Source of the DNA: Trichosphaerium sp. ATCC 40318
Lineage: Eukaryota; Protista; Tubulinea
Assembly (NCBI GenBank): GCA_038496445.1
Contig: JALMLS010000093.1
Span: 806,001-870,000 of the forward strand
DNA length: 64,000 bases
Reading direction: 5' to 3'
Shown: piece by piece, positions 1 to 13,550 of the stretch
Numbering within the stretch: the stretch's first letter is position 1
Layout of the letters: every line of letters begins with the position of its first letter
The notes under the pieces: model-generated
Database searches by the model: none
The model's input: only the letters and a program-made list of their open reading frames with translations
What the model was told of the DNA's origin: nothing
Program-made: the position numbers and the translations under genes

Positions 1-2676
1 ATCATACACAAAATGGCCCAGCACTTCAAACTCGAACACAACGTCGTTGACATTGCTAGTCCCTCATTCCCAGCGCCAAATACCCAACAAAAACGTGCCG
101 TTGTACTTTTCAAAACTTCAGAATCCCGCACGTAAGCCATCATAATTTTCTGTTTGTTTTAAGCTTCTAGTACGTAATTACTAACATTATTTCAGCCCTG
201 TGCTCAGATTTGCTGACCTCTACCGCGAAGAGACCAAAAAAGAGGATACAGGCGTTGTAAAGTTGCTCAAACGTAACCAAATAGTTAAAAAACCTGATTC
301 ACGTCACCCACCAACACGAATCAAACCCAAACGCGGACCAAGTAACGGCAGCCATCCACCTACAATTTTATCTAGAGAGCCTGAAAGTGCCGTTAAACGC
401 GATAAAACTCTAGAAGAACGCGAGGAGGAGTATGCCAAAGCGCGTGCGCGTATATTCGAAGAGTTTGAAAGTCAAAAAGCGACACTACCCACCACAGCAA
501 GTCCTGTTCAAACGAATGCTGTCAACACAGACCCAACACCTCAAGTAGCTGATGTGCCTTCGCCTACAAAAGTTGTAGAGCTTTCAGCATCACCAACTTC
601 TTCACCAACCACACCAAGGTCCCGTGAGAGCACACCACCTGCTCATAAACAACACAAACACAAGCAACCGAATACAAACGGTTATGCTTCAAGAAGAGCA
701 AGTCAGACGCGAAAACAGCCTCCAAGATCCCGATCGCAACCACAACTCAATAATGATATACCTACCGCTAACGACGGATATGATACAGTGTATAACAGTG
801 CACCTCAACCCTACGCTCAGCGTACTTCGGGTAAGTACTAATGAAGTTTTTTTTTGGAGGTTTTTGGGGTTTTTCTCACTCTTTTGCTTAGCTGCTCAGT
901 ACTCTGGCGCAAACGCGTATGGTAGCGCAGATCAAGCTACTGCTAAGGTCATGGATCGCACATGGACTCATGGCGCCCAGGGTTCTGCACAACAGTTTAA
1001 TGTGCGAACTACCGCTTCTCCACATGAACACAATGTAAATTATGGAGAGAACTTTCAGGCTCAGTATGCCAGAAGAAAACCAGTATCATATGGCATGCAA
1101 TACAAGGTATGTGATATGTGATAGACAATCGATAGCCATTTTCTTCAGAATACAGCCAACACAGCGGCTTTTTTTTTCTTTTGATGGTTATTTCTCCAAC
1201 CAGCAAGCTGGTTAAGAAACTACATAGTGTGTAGGTGATGTAAATTTGATATGAAAAGTTTTTGTAGATTCGTTTTGATGTTTTGTTGGGGGTTTTTTTT
1301 TGATCGTTTTTTACTCATCTATCTTTGTAGAATGGTAATGCACCAACTGCTTACCAAGGCCATGTAAATCACGGACAAAATCAATGGCATTATGGTAATA
1401 ATATGTATAATCAAGAGGCAGCAGCAATACATTACCAGAATCAAGCTCAAATGACACCAGAAGAACAAAATCAGGCTTGGACGCAACATTATATGGAAAG
1501 AGGGTATCATCCTGGATTTTGTTGGGATGGATCTTCAAGCCAGTATCCAGTTCAAGGAAACATGCCGTACGTCTTTTTTTTAACCGTGCTACTTTTTTGG
1601 TTGAAGTTCATTGTCTTATTGGGTGTTTTTGTAGTAGCGGAATGTATGCTAATAATGAAGCTGTTTACTATTCTCAGATGGCTCAGCGTCAAGCAATGCA
1701 ATCAAACGCAAATAGAGCTTATGCCACACAAACGCCTTTATCGCAAGGTATGGGTGGTCATTCACAGCGTGATCAAATGGCTTGGCAAGATCAGGCTCAA
1801 AGTACGCACAAAAAAAGAGAGAACCTGATTTGTTTGAGAGCTTGGCTTGGTTACTTATCCTTACCCGTAGATGCCTACCAAGCTCAAGTATGGGCTGCTC
1901 AAAACCAAGGGTATAATGCATATAACGTTGGCATGCGTCAACAGACCATGCCTTATCACGCCGGATTTAATCAAGCTGCCATGTTTCATAGACGATCTGA
2001 AATGGATGCGCCAAGACGCCTCTATGATCCTAATGCAGAGCCTCCAACGAATCCAGTACATCATATTGCACAGAAAATGGATAATCTAACCGTTTCACGT
2101 GCTCATCGGTCACCTCAATCGACTTATGGTCAAAAACAACAAACCAACAGCTCATCAAAGCAGAGTTTTGAGAGACCTTTACTTTATGATTACTCAAGTC
2201 CAGTGTCTTATGCAGATACTGAGTCCTCTGTTGTTGGAGGACCAGAGCATATCTTAGAGGTTTGTACTGTCAAAGAAGGAGCTCTTCAAGTTGCTGATGC
2301 TGAGCGTATCGCAAAGGAACTTAAACAGTTTGGAGCGATTTTGAAGTGCTTAGAATCACGTACTCAAATTGCTATTTTCGAATCTAGTAAAAAAGCGAAG
2401 ATGGCTTTAGGAAGTATAAAGAGTGATTTATTTGTTCTAAAAGTTTGGAAACCTAGTGTGACGACCAGTACGCACAAATCCTTTTGAGAAAAAAAAGTGT
2501 GAAATCTTTTCAATGAATTTTTTTTTATTCGGTTTTTTGTGTCACAAGACGAGAAGTTCTGATGTTGATTGTTTTTTTGTTTAGATCCAGCAGAAAAACA
2601 GGAGCAAAAGTCTGAAGAAAAGGCGGAAAATAGTATTGAGACTAAGGTTTGGGATCCTGAAGTTGCTCCTTTGTAA
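1..2676 (+). CDS. R3H + SUZ domain RNA-binding protein (R3HDM/encore-like), 5'-truncated by the window, multi-exon
   Basis: First exon IIHKMAQHFKLEHNV (R3H C-terminal half). SUZ motif ILSRE...KTLEEREEEYAKARARIF. Q/N/Y-rich middle, C-terminal HILEV...AIFES RRM-like segment, stop TAA at 2674-2676. Confidence 0.85.
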
Positions 2677-2758
2677 AATAATAAAACAAATTGTTCCCTG
2701 TGTATTTCTATTTATCCAAATTTTTACACAAACTGTGAACTGTATCGGTAAAGCACCT

Positions 2759-4757
2759 ATGAACTTGGTAAAATGGAGTGTTTGTTCAAAACAAAAAATG
2801 ATATTTCACAAGTTATTAAATCATACATTATCAAAAGGTACCACAGCATCTTTTCTCAAAATATTATCAACTACATATCTCACACTCTTCAAAAGGCTAC
2901 AGCATAAACTCAACACATGAACAGACACATGAGTCTCTTCTACACCGCGCAGCTACTAGAAGCAATAAAATTGTTGTCTAGTACTTGTTGTCCAAGGGTA
3001 TCAATGTTTCTATTTGTACACCGTACGTCTAGACACCAAAACACAGCCACAAAATCAAACTTGGTTTATCGTAATACTGACTCTTTTTATTTAGAACAGG
3101 TGATACTGCTATACATCGTGTGAGTTTAGAATAAGTGTTTCCTTAGTTTCTTACTGTTCTTTTAAGGCTGTTAGTAGAAGTCAGCTACAAATTCTTGGTG
3201 TTCTTTTAGGTCACGTCAAAACACATAACTTACAATACTTGCTTGAAGAAGTTGTATGCCAGCAATACTTCCACATGTTGTTTTAACAATGCATAGGGAC
3301 GTAATGGTACTCCTTTTGATATAGCGAAGAGTAGTAATAATGAATCAATGCTTCAATTACTAGAATGTGCATCAGCTAAATCGACTGGTGTCTTTGCCTA
3401 TCCCTCTGAAATATGGATGTACATTTTTAATCATATTGAGGATGTAACAGATTGTATATCTCTTGCTTGGACTTGTCGTTTATTTGGTTCACTTGCAAAT
3501 GAGGTAGTATCTAAATTAAAAGTCACAAAGACATTCGACCTCAAGAAAATCAACTACTATCCAAGTTGTGGTACGCCCTTTGTTGTTTTCTACACAAAAA
3601 AAAACATGATTGTAGCTTACGTAATACTAGCTTCATATGTCTCCAGAAAGTATGCCAATCGCTGGATACTTGCTAATATTTATCCAAGTCGGTTGAACCA
3701 ATATGCTACAGAGCTACTTCGTAAAGGTATGTACAGTAAAACCCAAAAAACAAATACATTTTGTGTTCTTGTTTTATTCGTGGATTTGCCTGATTCGGTT
3801 TTTTTAGAAGGGTCTGCGTTTGAACCAAAAGGGTTACCTGGTGCTAAGGAAGGATATGATAGTGATTCACCAGTGAATAGTCCCAACACAAAAAGAAAAC
3901 TTTGGCGTCGTATAGCACGTGTTAAGAAAATTAAGTCAAGAACGAGCCTTACACCTTCACATTCGTTCAATATAACCATCATTGGTGATCCAAACACAGG
4001 TATTTTGATTTTTAAAACTCTAACTTTAAAACTCTTAAAATCCATTTGAGGGTTTACAAAGGGCTACGAAGACCATTGCTTTTGAAACAAAAATTCTAAT
4101 GTTTACTGTTAGGAAAAGCTTCTTTACAGTGTATGTTTGAGTCAAATAATCCTAAAGAACCTGGTTCTGTACTATGTGTTGATAATGGAGTTGTCTCGCG
4201 CCTACGTATTGTACGTTAAAGTTGACAAGAAGAAGTTTTAATGCAGTGTTTAATTTGTAAACAGAAACTGACTTTTTTGGATAGAAATGTCTTAGCATTC
4301 CTTGCCACTTTCGCGCCTTAGCATACTCTACATTCGATGAAACTGATTGTGTTATATTCTGTGCTGACATTACATGCCTCAACAGTGCGTTTTCTCTGTT
4401 ACATTGTAAAGTAAAAGTACTAATCATTGTTCCCTCAAAAGGCTTTGCAAGTCTTCCGAAATGGCTAGTAGAAGTTGATCAGTTTAATCGTAATACTTTA
4501 AAGATATTAGCTGTACAAAGTCTGATATGTATAGAAGCCGTACAGCTCTACCAGATTATATTCTGGTACGTACTTTCCTCATCAATCCTAGCCAAAACTA
4601 ACTCTTTTACCAGGAAGCTTGTAGAAAGTTTGACTTGCATGCAATTGAGACAAGTACAATGCATGGTAAGAATGTTAATCTACTGTTCAAGATGGCTGTT
4701 AGGCTTCTATTAAGCAAACGTATTACTATTGGTAACTATAGGTTACCTAAGTCTTGA
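2759..4757 (+). pseudogene. Ankyrin repeats + F-box + degenerate Ras/Rab-like GTPase fusion, with an in-frame stop and a frameshift
   Basis: Spliced exons give ESLLHRAATRSNKIVV*YLLSKG, GDTAIHRAV and GTPFDIAK (ankyrin); YPSEIWMYIFNHI...LAWTCRLF (F-box); ITIIGDPNTGKAS, VIFCADIT, TKSD and ETST...NVNLLF (GTPase). TAG at 2979-2981 and a 1-nt deficit near 4512. The 3' end is approximate. Confidence 0.7.
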
Positions 4758-5376
4758 AAAAAAGGAAGCGAAATGCAAACAAAATGTTACATACCTAATG
4801 CTACAATAAAATAAAAAAGTACTTGTAATTTCTGTATGACCTTCGCAATAACAGAAGAATGTCGTTCTCTCTACGACTACAAATTACACTCGCCGCATTT
4901 AAATACAACCTTCCACTACTTAGGAAACAAAAGATCAGCTTACTACGAAGCAAAAGAAAAAACCTTAGCATGTTGAAACGCCGTTGTTAATTTTCTGAAG
5001 TTTAACTTCAAATTTTCTGAAAATGGGCAATCCTTACTTTGATAGAATATACGAAAATGATCGCTATGGTACGACAAAACAAGATAAATAATTATTTAGG
5101 CTTAAATACGTATTCGCTTGATGATTAATCATTAACTTTTAAGATTAATGGTGTCTATTGACATCCTAGTTAATAAGCACGAAACAAGGCTCCTTGTTAG
5201 CCTATGACACTATAGCTTTGCCCAAATAAGGCACGGGATTTATAGTTATTCCGACACAAAAGCATTAAATTATCACATACCGTGGCTACCTTTTAAGAGT
5301 TACAAAAGGGTTTTTTTGGACCCAAAAAAGTGCCAGAATATATCACGTGATTTTCAATTCATTTCGTATTTTTCTC

Positions 5377-7473
5377 ATGACCCTCCCCATAGTAATCTTT
5401 CTCGCGCTACTACCTTGTGTCGCCCATGCACAGTGCGTACTTGCAGATTCAAGCATTTCTAGCTGGTGGGACTTTGAAGCGGTTGGCGCGAGCAGTACGC
5501 TAGACATTATAGACTCACGTGCTGGCGTAATCACAGGCGACCCTTCACCCCAATTTGACCAGGTCGCAGTATGTTGCCAAAACGTTAAAAAGGCAAGTTT
5601 GCTAATGGGATATAGGGTCGCGTTGGGCGTGGGTTAGAGCTAGGTGGTAACACTGAAGTCGTGGTGGAGAGTGACGGTATTTTTTCACCAGATCAAGGTA
5701 TTTAGTTTGTCCACGTCCTTTTATTTATGGGTAGTAATTTGCACCCCTACAGAGAACCTTGTGGGCGTTCCCCTTTTTGTTTTTCAATTGCTAACGAACG
5801 TATACCAAAGGAAGCTTCACAGTTGAAATGTGGATAAAAAGGGCATCTCTTGGAACAGAAGAGCAATACCTCATTCATCACCGATCTGATATATCAGGGT
5901 ACGGTTTATTCATAAGTGGCGATGGTCTTGGTGTTGAAATTGCTCTATGTAAGTAACAATGCAAATTTCAGTTCTTTCCTTACTATTACATAGTTAGTGG
6001 ATCTTCAATTCGTAGTAGTTTTAATGATGCTAAAATGAATCTTACGAACACTTGGTACCACGTGGGTATTTCGTGGGATAGGTACATTTTTACAGAAGCA
6101 ACAAAAAAGATGAACAAATGAAAGTTTGCTTTTATTATTTTTGTGGATGCGTCTGCACTATCCAAAGAAAGTAGCTGAGACTCTGTTTTAAAACAATGGA
6201 TTTTATGTTCCTTATCTACAACTTAGAAATGCCGCTACCGGTCGTGGAAGCTTTTATGGATACTTAAGTACGTTTTATTTTGAGAATGATATTGCTTATG
6301 CTACTACTTAGATGGTGTAAGCTATAGGTCAGCCACAATATCAAGTGTTATAGTTACAAATAGTACTACACCGTTCTATATTGGTTCAAATAATTTACGT
6401 GGACTGCATTTCAATGGTACCATTGATGAGGTAAGTTGTTGTTTGCGTATTTTTTAGTATCAACTTTATCAAACGTCTCGTTCTATACGTTTACTTTGGA
6501 TCATATAGGTTTCTTACTACAAAGGAGTTTCTCTAAATGCTACAGAAATGCAAGAGATTTATACTTCAGGTATGCGAGAGGGATACTTTAAGCTTAAACA
6601 AAATATTTAATGTTGGTTGTGAAGGTATGAACGGGTTCGGAAAGTGCCTTACTACAATTGCGCCAACTGAAGGACCAACAACAAGGCCTCCTACAACAAC
6701 ACCAACTGAAGCACCTACAATACAAACGAATGATGTACCAACAGCCACTACTGAAGCACCAACTGTGCTCCCTACAGGTGAGCCAAGAGGAGAATACATT
6801 TTGATATTTTTTATGACACCTGTTAGTATGTAATGGAGATACACCTCCAGGCGCTGAGTGTAATGAAACAGATGGTGTTTGGGTTGTTAAAGAAGATATC
6901 GCAATTCAACCGACAGAACTTATACGTATTGAGACTACCACTGTATTTCAGGGTACTTTTTTCAAGGTCTTTCACAACACGTGGTAACCGCTATTTAAAG
7001 GAAATGTAAACGTGATGTCGAACTCAACAGTAGTTCTTTCAAACATGGCAACACTCACGTTTAAAAGGTGTCCAACTTTCGATGACGAGCTCACTGTTGT
7101 TCTGACAGAAGTCAGTGAATCTGTTCATACAATCCTTGCAATTCCTGAGTTCTGCAGTTCTTCGATTTTTGAAAAAACAATAGTATCGAGTGCTGTTCAA
7201 GATGATTGTAATGACTTTTCTCGAAGAGAAACACAAACAAAACTGTCAGTGTTGTGGTCAGCAAATGTTGGATGCGATGACAGTGGCTTAAGTGATGGAA
7301 TCATTGCTATCATAGCTATTGTGGTAATATTTATTGTTGTGGCTGTAACTGGGACTTTGATATACTTTATTACTTTTTACAGGAAGAGATCTTTTGGCAT
7401 GTAAAACGTAACGCAATTATGGACGTTTACATTTTTAGCACTCAGTTACAATCCAACACGTTGTAGAATATGA
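5377..7473 (+). CDS. Single-pass surface protein: signal peptide, LamG/concanavalin-A-like domain, Thr/Pro stalk, C-terminal TM helix
   Basis: Signal MTLPIVIFLALLPCVAHA; SWWDFE, WYHVGISWD and FYIGSN...FNGTIDE (LamG-like); PTEAPT repeats; TM GIIAIIAIVVIFIVVAVTGTLIYF. The last-exon frame is ambiguous. Confidence 0.75.
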
Positions 7474-7732
7474 ATAAATCTATAAAAACCAAGGTTTCAA
7501 GACATCAAACAAAGACTGTCTCATTTGAAAAACAATCAAACGTATCAACAAAAGAATCGTATAACCGCTTCCTTGAGACATATAAGTACATCCTACAAAA
7601 GTATACGCATGAATGGGAATTGTGAGATGCTTAAAGTAAACAATCTCGTTGTTCTACTTTGATGTAACAAACACCAATAGTAAGCAATGTAAAGCCATTT
7701 TTTGTTGTTTTAAAGCCTTTTAAGCCTTTATT

Positions 7733-9415
7733 TTACATAGAGGCAGTGCCTCGTTTATGTAACGCAGGTAAATGCTGTACGTCCAACTCACGTTGAACTA
7801 CAAACCCACGCTTTTGTATTTTTGTACAAAGGTGTGCACCGCTCCCAGAAGATTGTCGTTGAAACCATTTAAAAGTAAAATCAGCTGTTTCAATACGATT
7901 ATCAGTAGTTGTAAGCGTCATAGACGCAGTAGCGATATGTTTGCCATAATCAAGTGGCGATCTACAAATATCTTCATAGTTTAAAATTTCGTCAGTGAGC
8001 GTACCGTCCTATAAGAGTATTACTACACCAACACAAACAAAAAAGCAAGCGTAAAGAGCCACCGAGTAGACAGAAAAGTGTTGCTTCTCTTTTCTTTTTT
8101 TTTTGTGTTTTTTTCATGTTTCTTACCTGCTCAGCTTGAACTGTGAGGGACATAAATATTACTTCGTCTCTATCATCTTGAAAGCGCATTCCTATTGTAC
8201 GCCAAGTAGGTTTGCACATATTGGGTCCGAAGACGGCTTGCCAAGTTATTCTATGGCCTAAATGGATACTTAAAAAAGAGAGGATAGGGTGAGATGAAAA
8301 TGAGCTAAAGGAACTGTCGGCAAATTTGCCAAGTCTGAAGTTTGAAGTCGCCAAGAAAAAACTTTATGTTTTGTCTCAACTTTTTTTTTTTGCAGAGTTT
8401 GCCAAACTACGTACTTTTAAAAAAGAATACACAGCCCGTAGGCGGCCGTGTAGTGTCAAAATTTGGTGCTGCAGAAGGTTGATGTGCCACGGGTTGCTGA
8501 TATTCAAGTATACCGCATAAACCAGCGACTTTATAAAATCTGTAAAAAAAAAGTCAGAGAAAGACTAGATATTGTTTTTTTATTCGTTTAGCCTTTGCCA
8601 TATGAAAAAAAAAGAAAAAAAAGCAAAAAAAGCAAAAAAAACATTTACCTTGCTTCATGAAGCAGTTCGGCACGAGTAGACATATTTTCAGGTACAGAAC
8701 ATATATAGCCATCCCTCAAGTAATTTAAAACCCACCTAAAGTGTGTAGGATCACGATCTAAGAAGAGACGTCCATTACCGTCCCTTATAGGGCTTATATC
8801 ACGTGTGTCACTGAGAAAATGCAAAAACACAGAATTTTCGCTCATGAGCGTTTGTCTTAATGTAGCAAAAATCTAAAGGGTATGCAATGAGTAGTTGCTT
8901 TTAAAATACTTTTGCGGTGCTTTTCCTTTCACGAATTCCACAAAAAGCGTAAAAAGGATGAGCACCTCACCCCCGATGTTCAATTCCACTATGTCGGGAT
9001 GCCCCCTGGCTATTTTCCGTCGCTTCGCATGTCCATAGCCACCATCACCTCTCCCACCGTCCCCTTGCGCGTTAGAAAGCCTATCATCGCGTCTACGCTT
9101 TTTATTGCCAATATTCGACGAGCATTGGTAACATACGCCCCTTTTGTGCTCTGGGCGATCTAGATGCGGGCAATCAGCTGGTCTGGGGTGTTTAATAGGT
9201 CTTCCACTAAACAGAACTGTCAGGTCGCTACCACGCTCCGGTGTTTAAATTGCGTGATGCCCGCCGTTTGGCAATTTGTAAGCGTACGTTTTGGAATTTG
9301 ATGTTTCTCTTGTTTGAGCAGCGCGAGCGCGTACAGGAGGTGTTTGAAGGGAGGTTGGGCTGTCAGGTGCACCACTTTGTATCGGTTCGAACTCTGAGCC
9401 AATCTCCTTGTGCAT
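7733..9415 (-). CDS. KCTD-type BTB/POZ (T1) domain protein with an N-terminal Cys/His motif
   Basis: DIVELNIGGE|IFATLRQTL...LFLDRDPTHFRWVLNYLRDG...ELLHEARFY; upstream CPHLDRPEHKRGVCYQC. The start could be at 9550 if the A13 run is miscalled. Confidence 0.8.
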
Positions 9416-9605
9416 CAACAACAGAGCTTGTTTCGTTTCATCTAAATTAACCAAAACAAAGATATGACAAGAGCGCTAAAGGGTACTATCAAAATATCAG
9501 AGATTGGTTTTGGTTTAGCTCACCTAAATCCGCTTTTTTTTTTTTTCCATCCAAAGTCGTTTTTTGTCGGCTTTAACTCAAAACTTTGACGTAACAACAA
9601 CAAAC

Positions 9606-11826
9606 ATGGGAGGAAAAAACAGCGCACTCGCAAAAGCTTTCGAAGACCCTTCAAACTTGGGTGTTCTTAAAGAAACCTTCGATAAACTAGACAAAGACGA
9701 AGTAAATTTGCTCAAACACAAAAATTATGCACTATACTCACTCTATGGTTTCTGTAGGGTGGCTTTTTGGAAGAAAAAGAAGCAAAGAAGTTTTTCAAAG
9801 AGTTACTCTCCTTGTTGGACTCGGACGAATTTAAAACGGATGGGTTGAGTAAAGATGCTTTACTTGGAGACCAGAGAGAGTCCGGTACGAGCTAAACTCA
9901 GAACAAACGGCTATGTTCTCGTCTTTTTCTGAGCGTATGCTTGAAAGCTCTCATTAAGCGTTATGCGCTGTATGCGAGCATTCAACCACTATTCGGCGGC
10001 AAATAAGAAAGTTACCCAGCTCCTTAATTTTTTTTGCTTTATTACTACTGTTCTATCTTGCATTTGCATTATAACCACTATGTAAAACACTTTGGGAAAA
10101 ACGGTTAGATTTGCCAAAACCCCGAACTACCACCACATAGCGTCATTTTACAATCTTCAAAAATACTTTAACCCACTTTACCCTCACTATACGCTAAACA
10201 ATTCTTTTTTTCCAAATAAGTTTTATGGGTTTACTAACTTTCCGAATAGACTACATTGCTGCTGCTTACGATAAAATGGACGCTAACAAGGATGGTCAAG
10301 TATCTTTTGAAGAGTTTATTAAATTCGCTAAAGGCACGCTTTCGAATATTATTATATTCAAAATACACTCGCAAAGAGCGTTTATAGCTGATTTGAGAGA
10401 AATTGGCATTTTCGTTCGTAGTCTACAAATTATTTTTTTTAACTTTACGCAGGATTGGCATGGGCTGAACACACAGACGCCAAATTCTCCTTCGAAGTAC
10501 CAGCTACATGGCAACTCGAGACTGTAGGACATGATCTTTATTTCTTGTCCCCAGACCAAAAAGGTGGAGACAGAACCGATAGGTATACTTTTTTTCGCAT
10601 ACAATACGTTTTATTGTGCCAAACAATCGTTTTTGTTTTTTTTTTTTTTTGCAATCGCAGTTTTTAGAGTGTAGCTATTTGCACTACTTTGACCTTGTAT
10701 TAACATACGCATAGATTCTGCGTTCAATACATCGTATCTCACAAATCAACCACCGATATTCTTAACGGTTACCTTGCAACTCTTGTTGACGAAAAAACTG
10801 AATTCATCGAAACCAAGCTTTTCCGTGTCAGCAACAAGTCCAAGCTCCCAAAAGACACCAAGCCTTTCGAATACACCACTGCAAAGCCTGTATCAGTCAC
10901 CGCTCCTGGTACGCACAACACAACGGGCTCTTGAACGTCCTTGAGCTTTTCTTTTCGATTTTCGTTTAAACAAATCGTCTTATTGTTATTAGGTGGTTAC
11001 AAGGGTTTCACCCGCAGCTACCGCTACAAAATCGGTTCCCACAACTACGTCGATGAAGTTGCTGTCATTCTTGATTTGACTTGCGGTCACAAAATGTTCT
11101 TCACCTACACCTCGTCATACAAAGACGAAGATGAGGAGAACAAGAACTTGACCAAGCTCGGTTCTTTCGAAGTTATGTGGAGAAAGACACTCAAGGTTCG
11201 TAAACCCATTTTTTTTTTGTAAAACTACTTGGTTGTACTTTTCTGACTTTGGTTGTTTTCTTAGGTTGTAGCTCCAGCTAAATTGCCTACTGCCAAGCAC
11301 ACTTTTAAATTTGGACCACTTAAGGTAGCTGTCCAAAGACCATACGGTTGGCAAGCTGATGAAGAAGGTACTTGGTAATAATTTATACGCAAAATACTAA
11401 ATGTTAATTAAGGCGACAACAAATATTTGGTCGGCCCTCTTCAATCCCTCTCTGGAAACGCTTACACTGGTACGTTATAATAATGCACCACATAGACTAT
11501 CGTGTTACAAATTGCTTACACGATATTTAGATCAAGTAATCTTCCTTCCACTCCAAAGCAAGACATGCAACGATGTCTTCTCTGAGTTCAAAGAAGGCGT
11601 AAAAGCCCCTGTCCAAGTTGTCAAAGAGGAACAAGTATACGTCGGTGAAAGACCAGGTCTCGTTCTCAAATACGCTTCCCCTACTCAGAAGTTTGAGGCT
11701 TACGCAGTCAGAATTAACGAGACTGTCACTTTGCCATTCATCTACTCTTCTACCTCTGGTTTGAGCCAACCTATCATAGAGCAACTCATTGCTAAAGGTA
11801 GCATGACCTTCGCTGCTGCTAAGTAG
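9606..11826 (+). CDS. Probably N-myristoylated EF-hand calcium-binding protein with an uncharacterised C-terminal region
   Basis: Starts MGGKNS (myristoylation consensus); EF-hand loops DKDEGGFLEEKE and DANKDGQVSFEEF; about 10 short introns. Confidence 0.75.
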
Positions 11827-11997
11827 ATTATAAATGCATCATTTATAATAAACTCTTTTATGTCTAAACGTGTTTTTGTGGTTATTGCGCTTTTTTTGAA
11901 GCTTTGTCATTCTTTATTCCGCCAGAATTTGCAAGTGCTCAGAAGGCAGCTGACTAACTTTGGTGCTCGTTTGAGGTGCTATTACTTAATTCAAGCA

Positions 11998-13208
11998 ATG
12001 TGTGCTGCCAGAATGAAAACACTGAGGTTTTATTACGATTATTCTTGCCCATACAGCTACTTGGCGTGGAAACACGTTCGAGTATTGCGTGGGGGTACGT
12101 AGTGTGCGTCTTTGTAAAGAATGAGCTTATTGAGTTGTATAGTTGACATAATTGCCAAACCAGTTGTTCTGAAGGATATATTGGATCACCACGGCATAAA
12201 AGGTAAGGTTTTGAAAAATTCTATGGAGTGTCTGTAGTCTATTGGCAAGTAATAGTTCTTAAGCGCCATGGGATATACCATCAAAGCGACGACATATGTA
12301 TATGGACATATTGAGGTAACACAAAGCAATTGCGCTTACATCGTAATTAACAACGTAAAGATACGCAAAAATGAAGAATATACCGATATCTCTACCTGAT
12401 ACTCACCCTTGTGACACTGATTTGGCTTTAAAAATAACAATGGTAATAAATGATGATGTAGATCAGCTAAGTATAACAGATACTATGTTTAACGCAGTAT
12501 GGAGTGCGTAATAAACAAAAAAAGATACAACGAACGGATTTCTAACACTCTCACTTCAACAGGAGACGAACAAGATATATCTACTGCTAATGACCTGTTA
12601 ATGTCATATATCAATAGAGAAACATCACTAGAAGATACTATAGACGTCTATGCACATACTGCTTCAGGTGTTGAAGTAGGACAAGCATTAAAACGTGATA
12701 CAAAAGAAGCAGCATTAAAAGGTGTTTTTGGTACGCCTACTATTGAGATAGATGGAGAGTTGCTTTGGGGTTTGGATAAGATACAAGTATTAAAGTACGT
12801 CCAAGTATTTTCTTTGCAATTGGTAGCGAAAGAACGTCTCCACGTGCTTCATCTTGAAAACTGTTTTTTTTCTGGCCTAGTAAAGCACCACAAAAAATTT
12901 GCGATCAAATACGTTTGTGAACCATTTGAACCGTGAGGCACTTCTGTGAACGCGACAATGTGACACACGGTTTGTTTGTTTTCATTTTCAGGCAGCTGTG
13001 GCATTTATCCTTGCAGGTCTTTGTTAGGTAGTACTGTAGTACTTTATAAACTGCTAAAACATAAATACAATTTTTTGTTGGCTTATAAGCGTATCTGACA
13101 ATCTTTTTTTTTTAAAGACGAATGCTTGAAGGTAGAGATCCAGTATCCCCCCAGCTCAAGGAAGAATGGATGGATGGTGTTGAAAAGTTGAGTAGAAATA
13201 AACCTTGA
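11998..13208 (+). CDS. DsbA-like / 2-hydroxychromene-2-carboxylate isomerase / GST-kappa family protein
   Basis: LRFYYDYSCPYSYLA at the N-terminus; EAALKGVFGTPTIEIDGELLWGLDKI near the C-terminus. Confidence 0.85.
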
Positions 13209-13248
13209 TTATAATAGTTGTTTGTTTATTACACTTTCTTTTTCTGTA

Positions 13249-13268
13249 CACATGCCTACGGGCATGTG
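13249..13268 (+). other. Perfect 8-bp hairpin with a c(UACG)g tetraloop just downstream of the DsbA-like gene
   Basis: CACATGCC-TACG-GGCATGTG. Confidence 0.5.
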
Positions 13269-13550
13269 CACTTCAAAAAAAGGATGAAGATGTGTGACTT
13301 CTTGGATTCGTTACTATTCAATTTCACAAATGAGCTTCATTTTGGGTTGATAGATAAAACAGGAAGTAATTAAGTGTCCCTGTAGGAATTACTACGACAA
13401 AAACAATAACAACATAGCTAGCTGGCAACGATCACTCCATTACTAAACTGAGACAAAACAGCGGTGTCACCTTCAAATTCATATTGCTTGCTAGGAAATA
13501 AAAAGGCTGCAACAACCTCTTTGTTGTCATAAAGGATTTTCTAGCAAAAG

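Noticed and set aside
2979-2981. TAG reassigned to Gln (also suggested by the TAG at 48063)
   Set aside because: Long Gln-rich exons (1-2.5 kb, 56-64 kb) contain no in-frame TAG, TAG ends several genes at plausible C-termini, and this gene has a separate frameshift.
8605-8641. A-rich microsatellite
   Set aside because: Ordinary intronic low-complexity tract.
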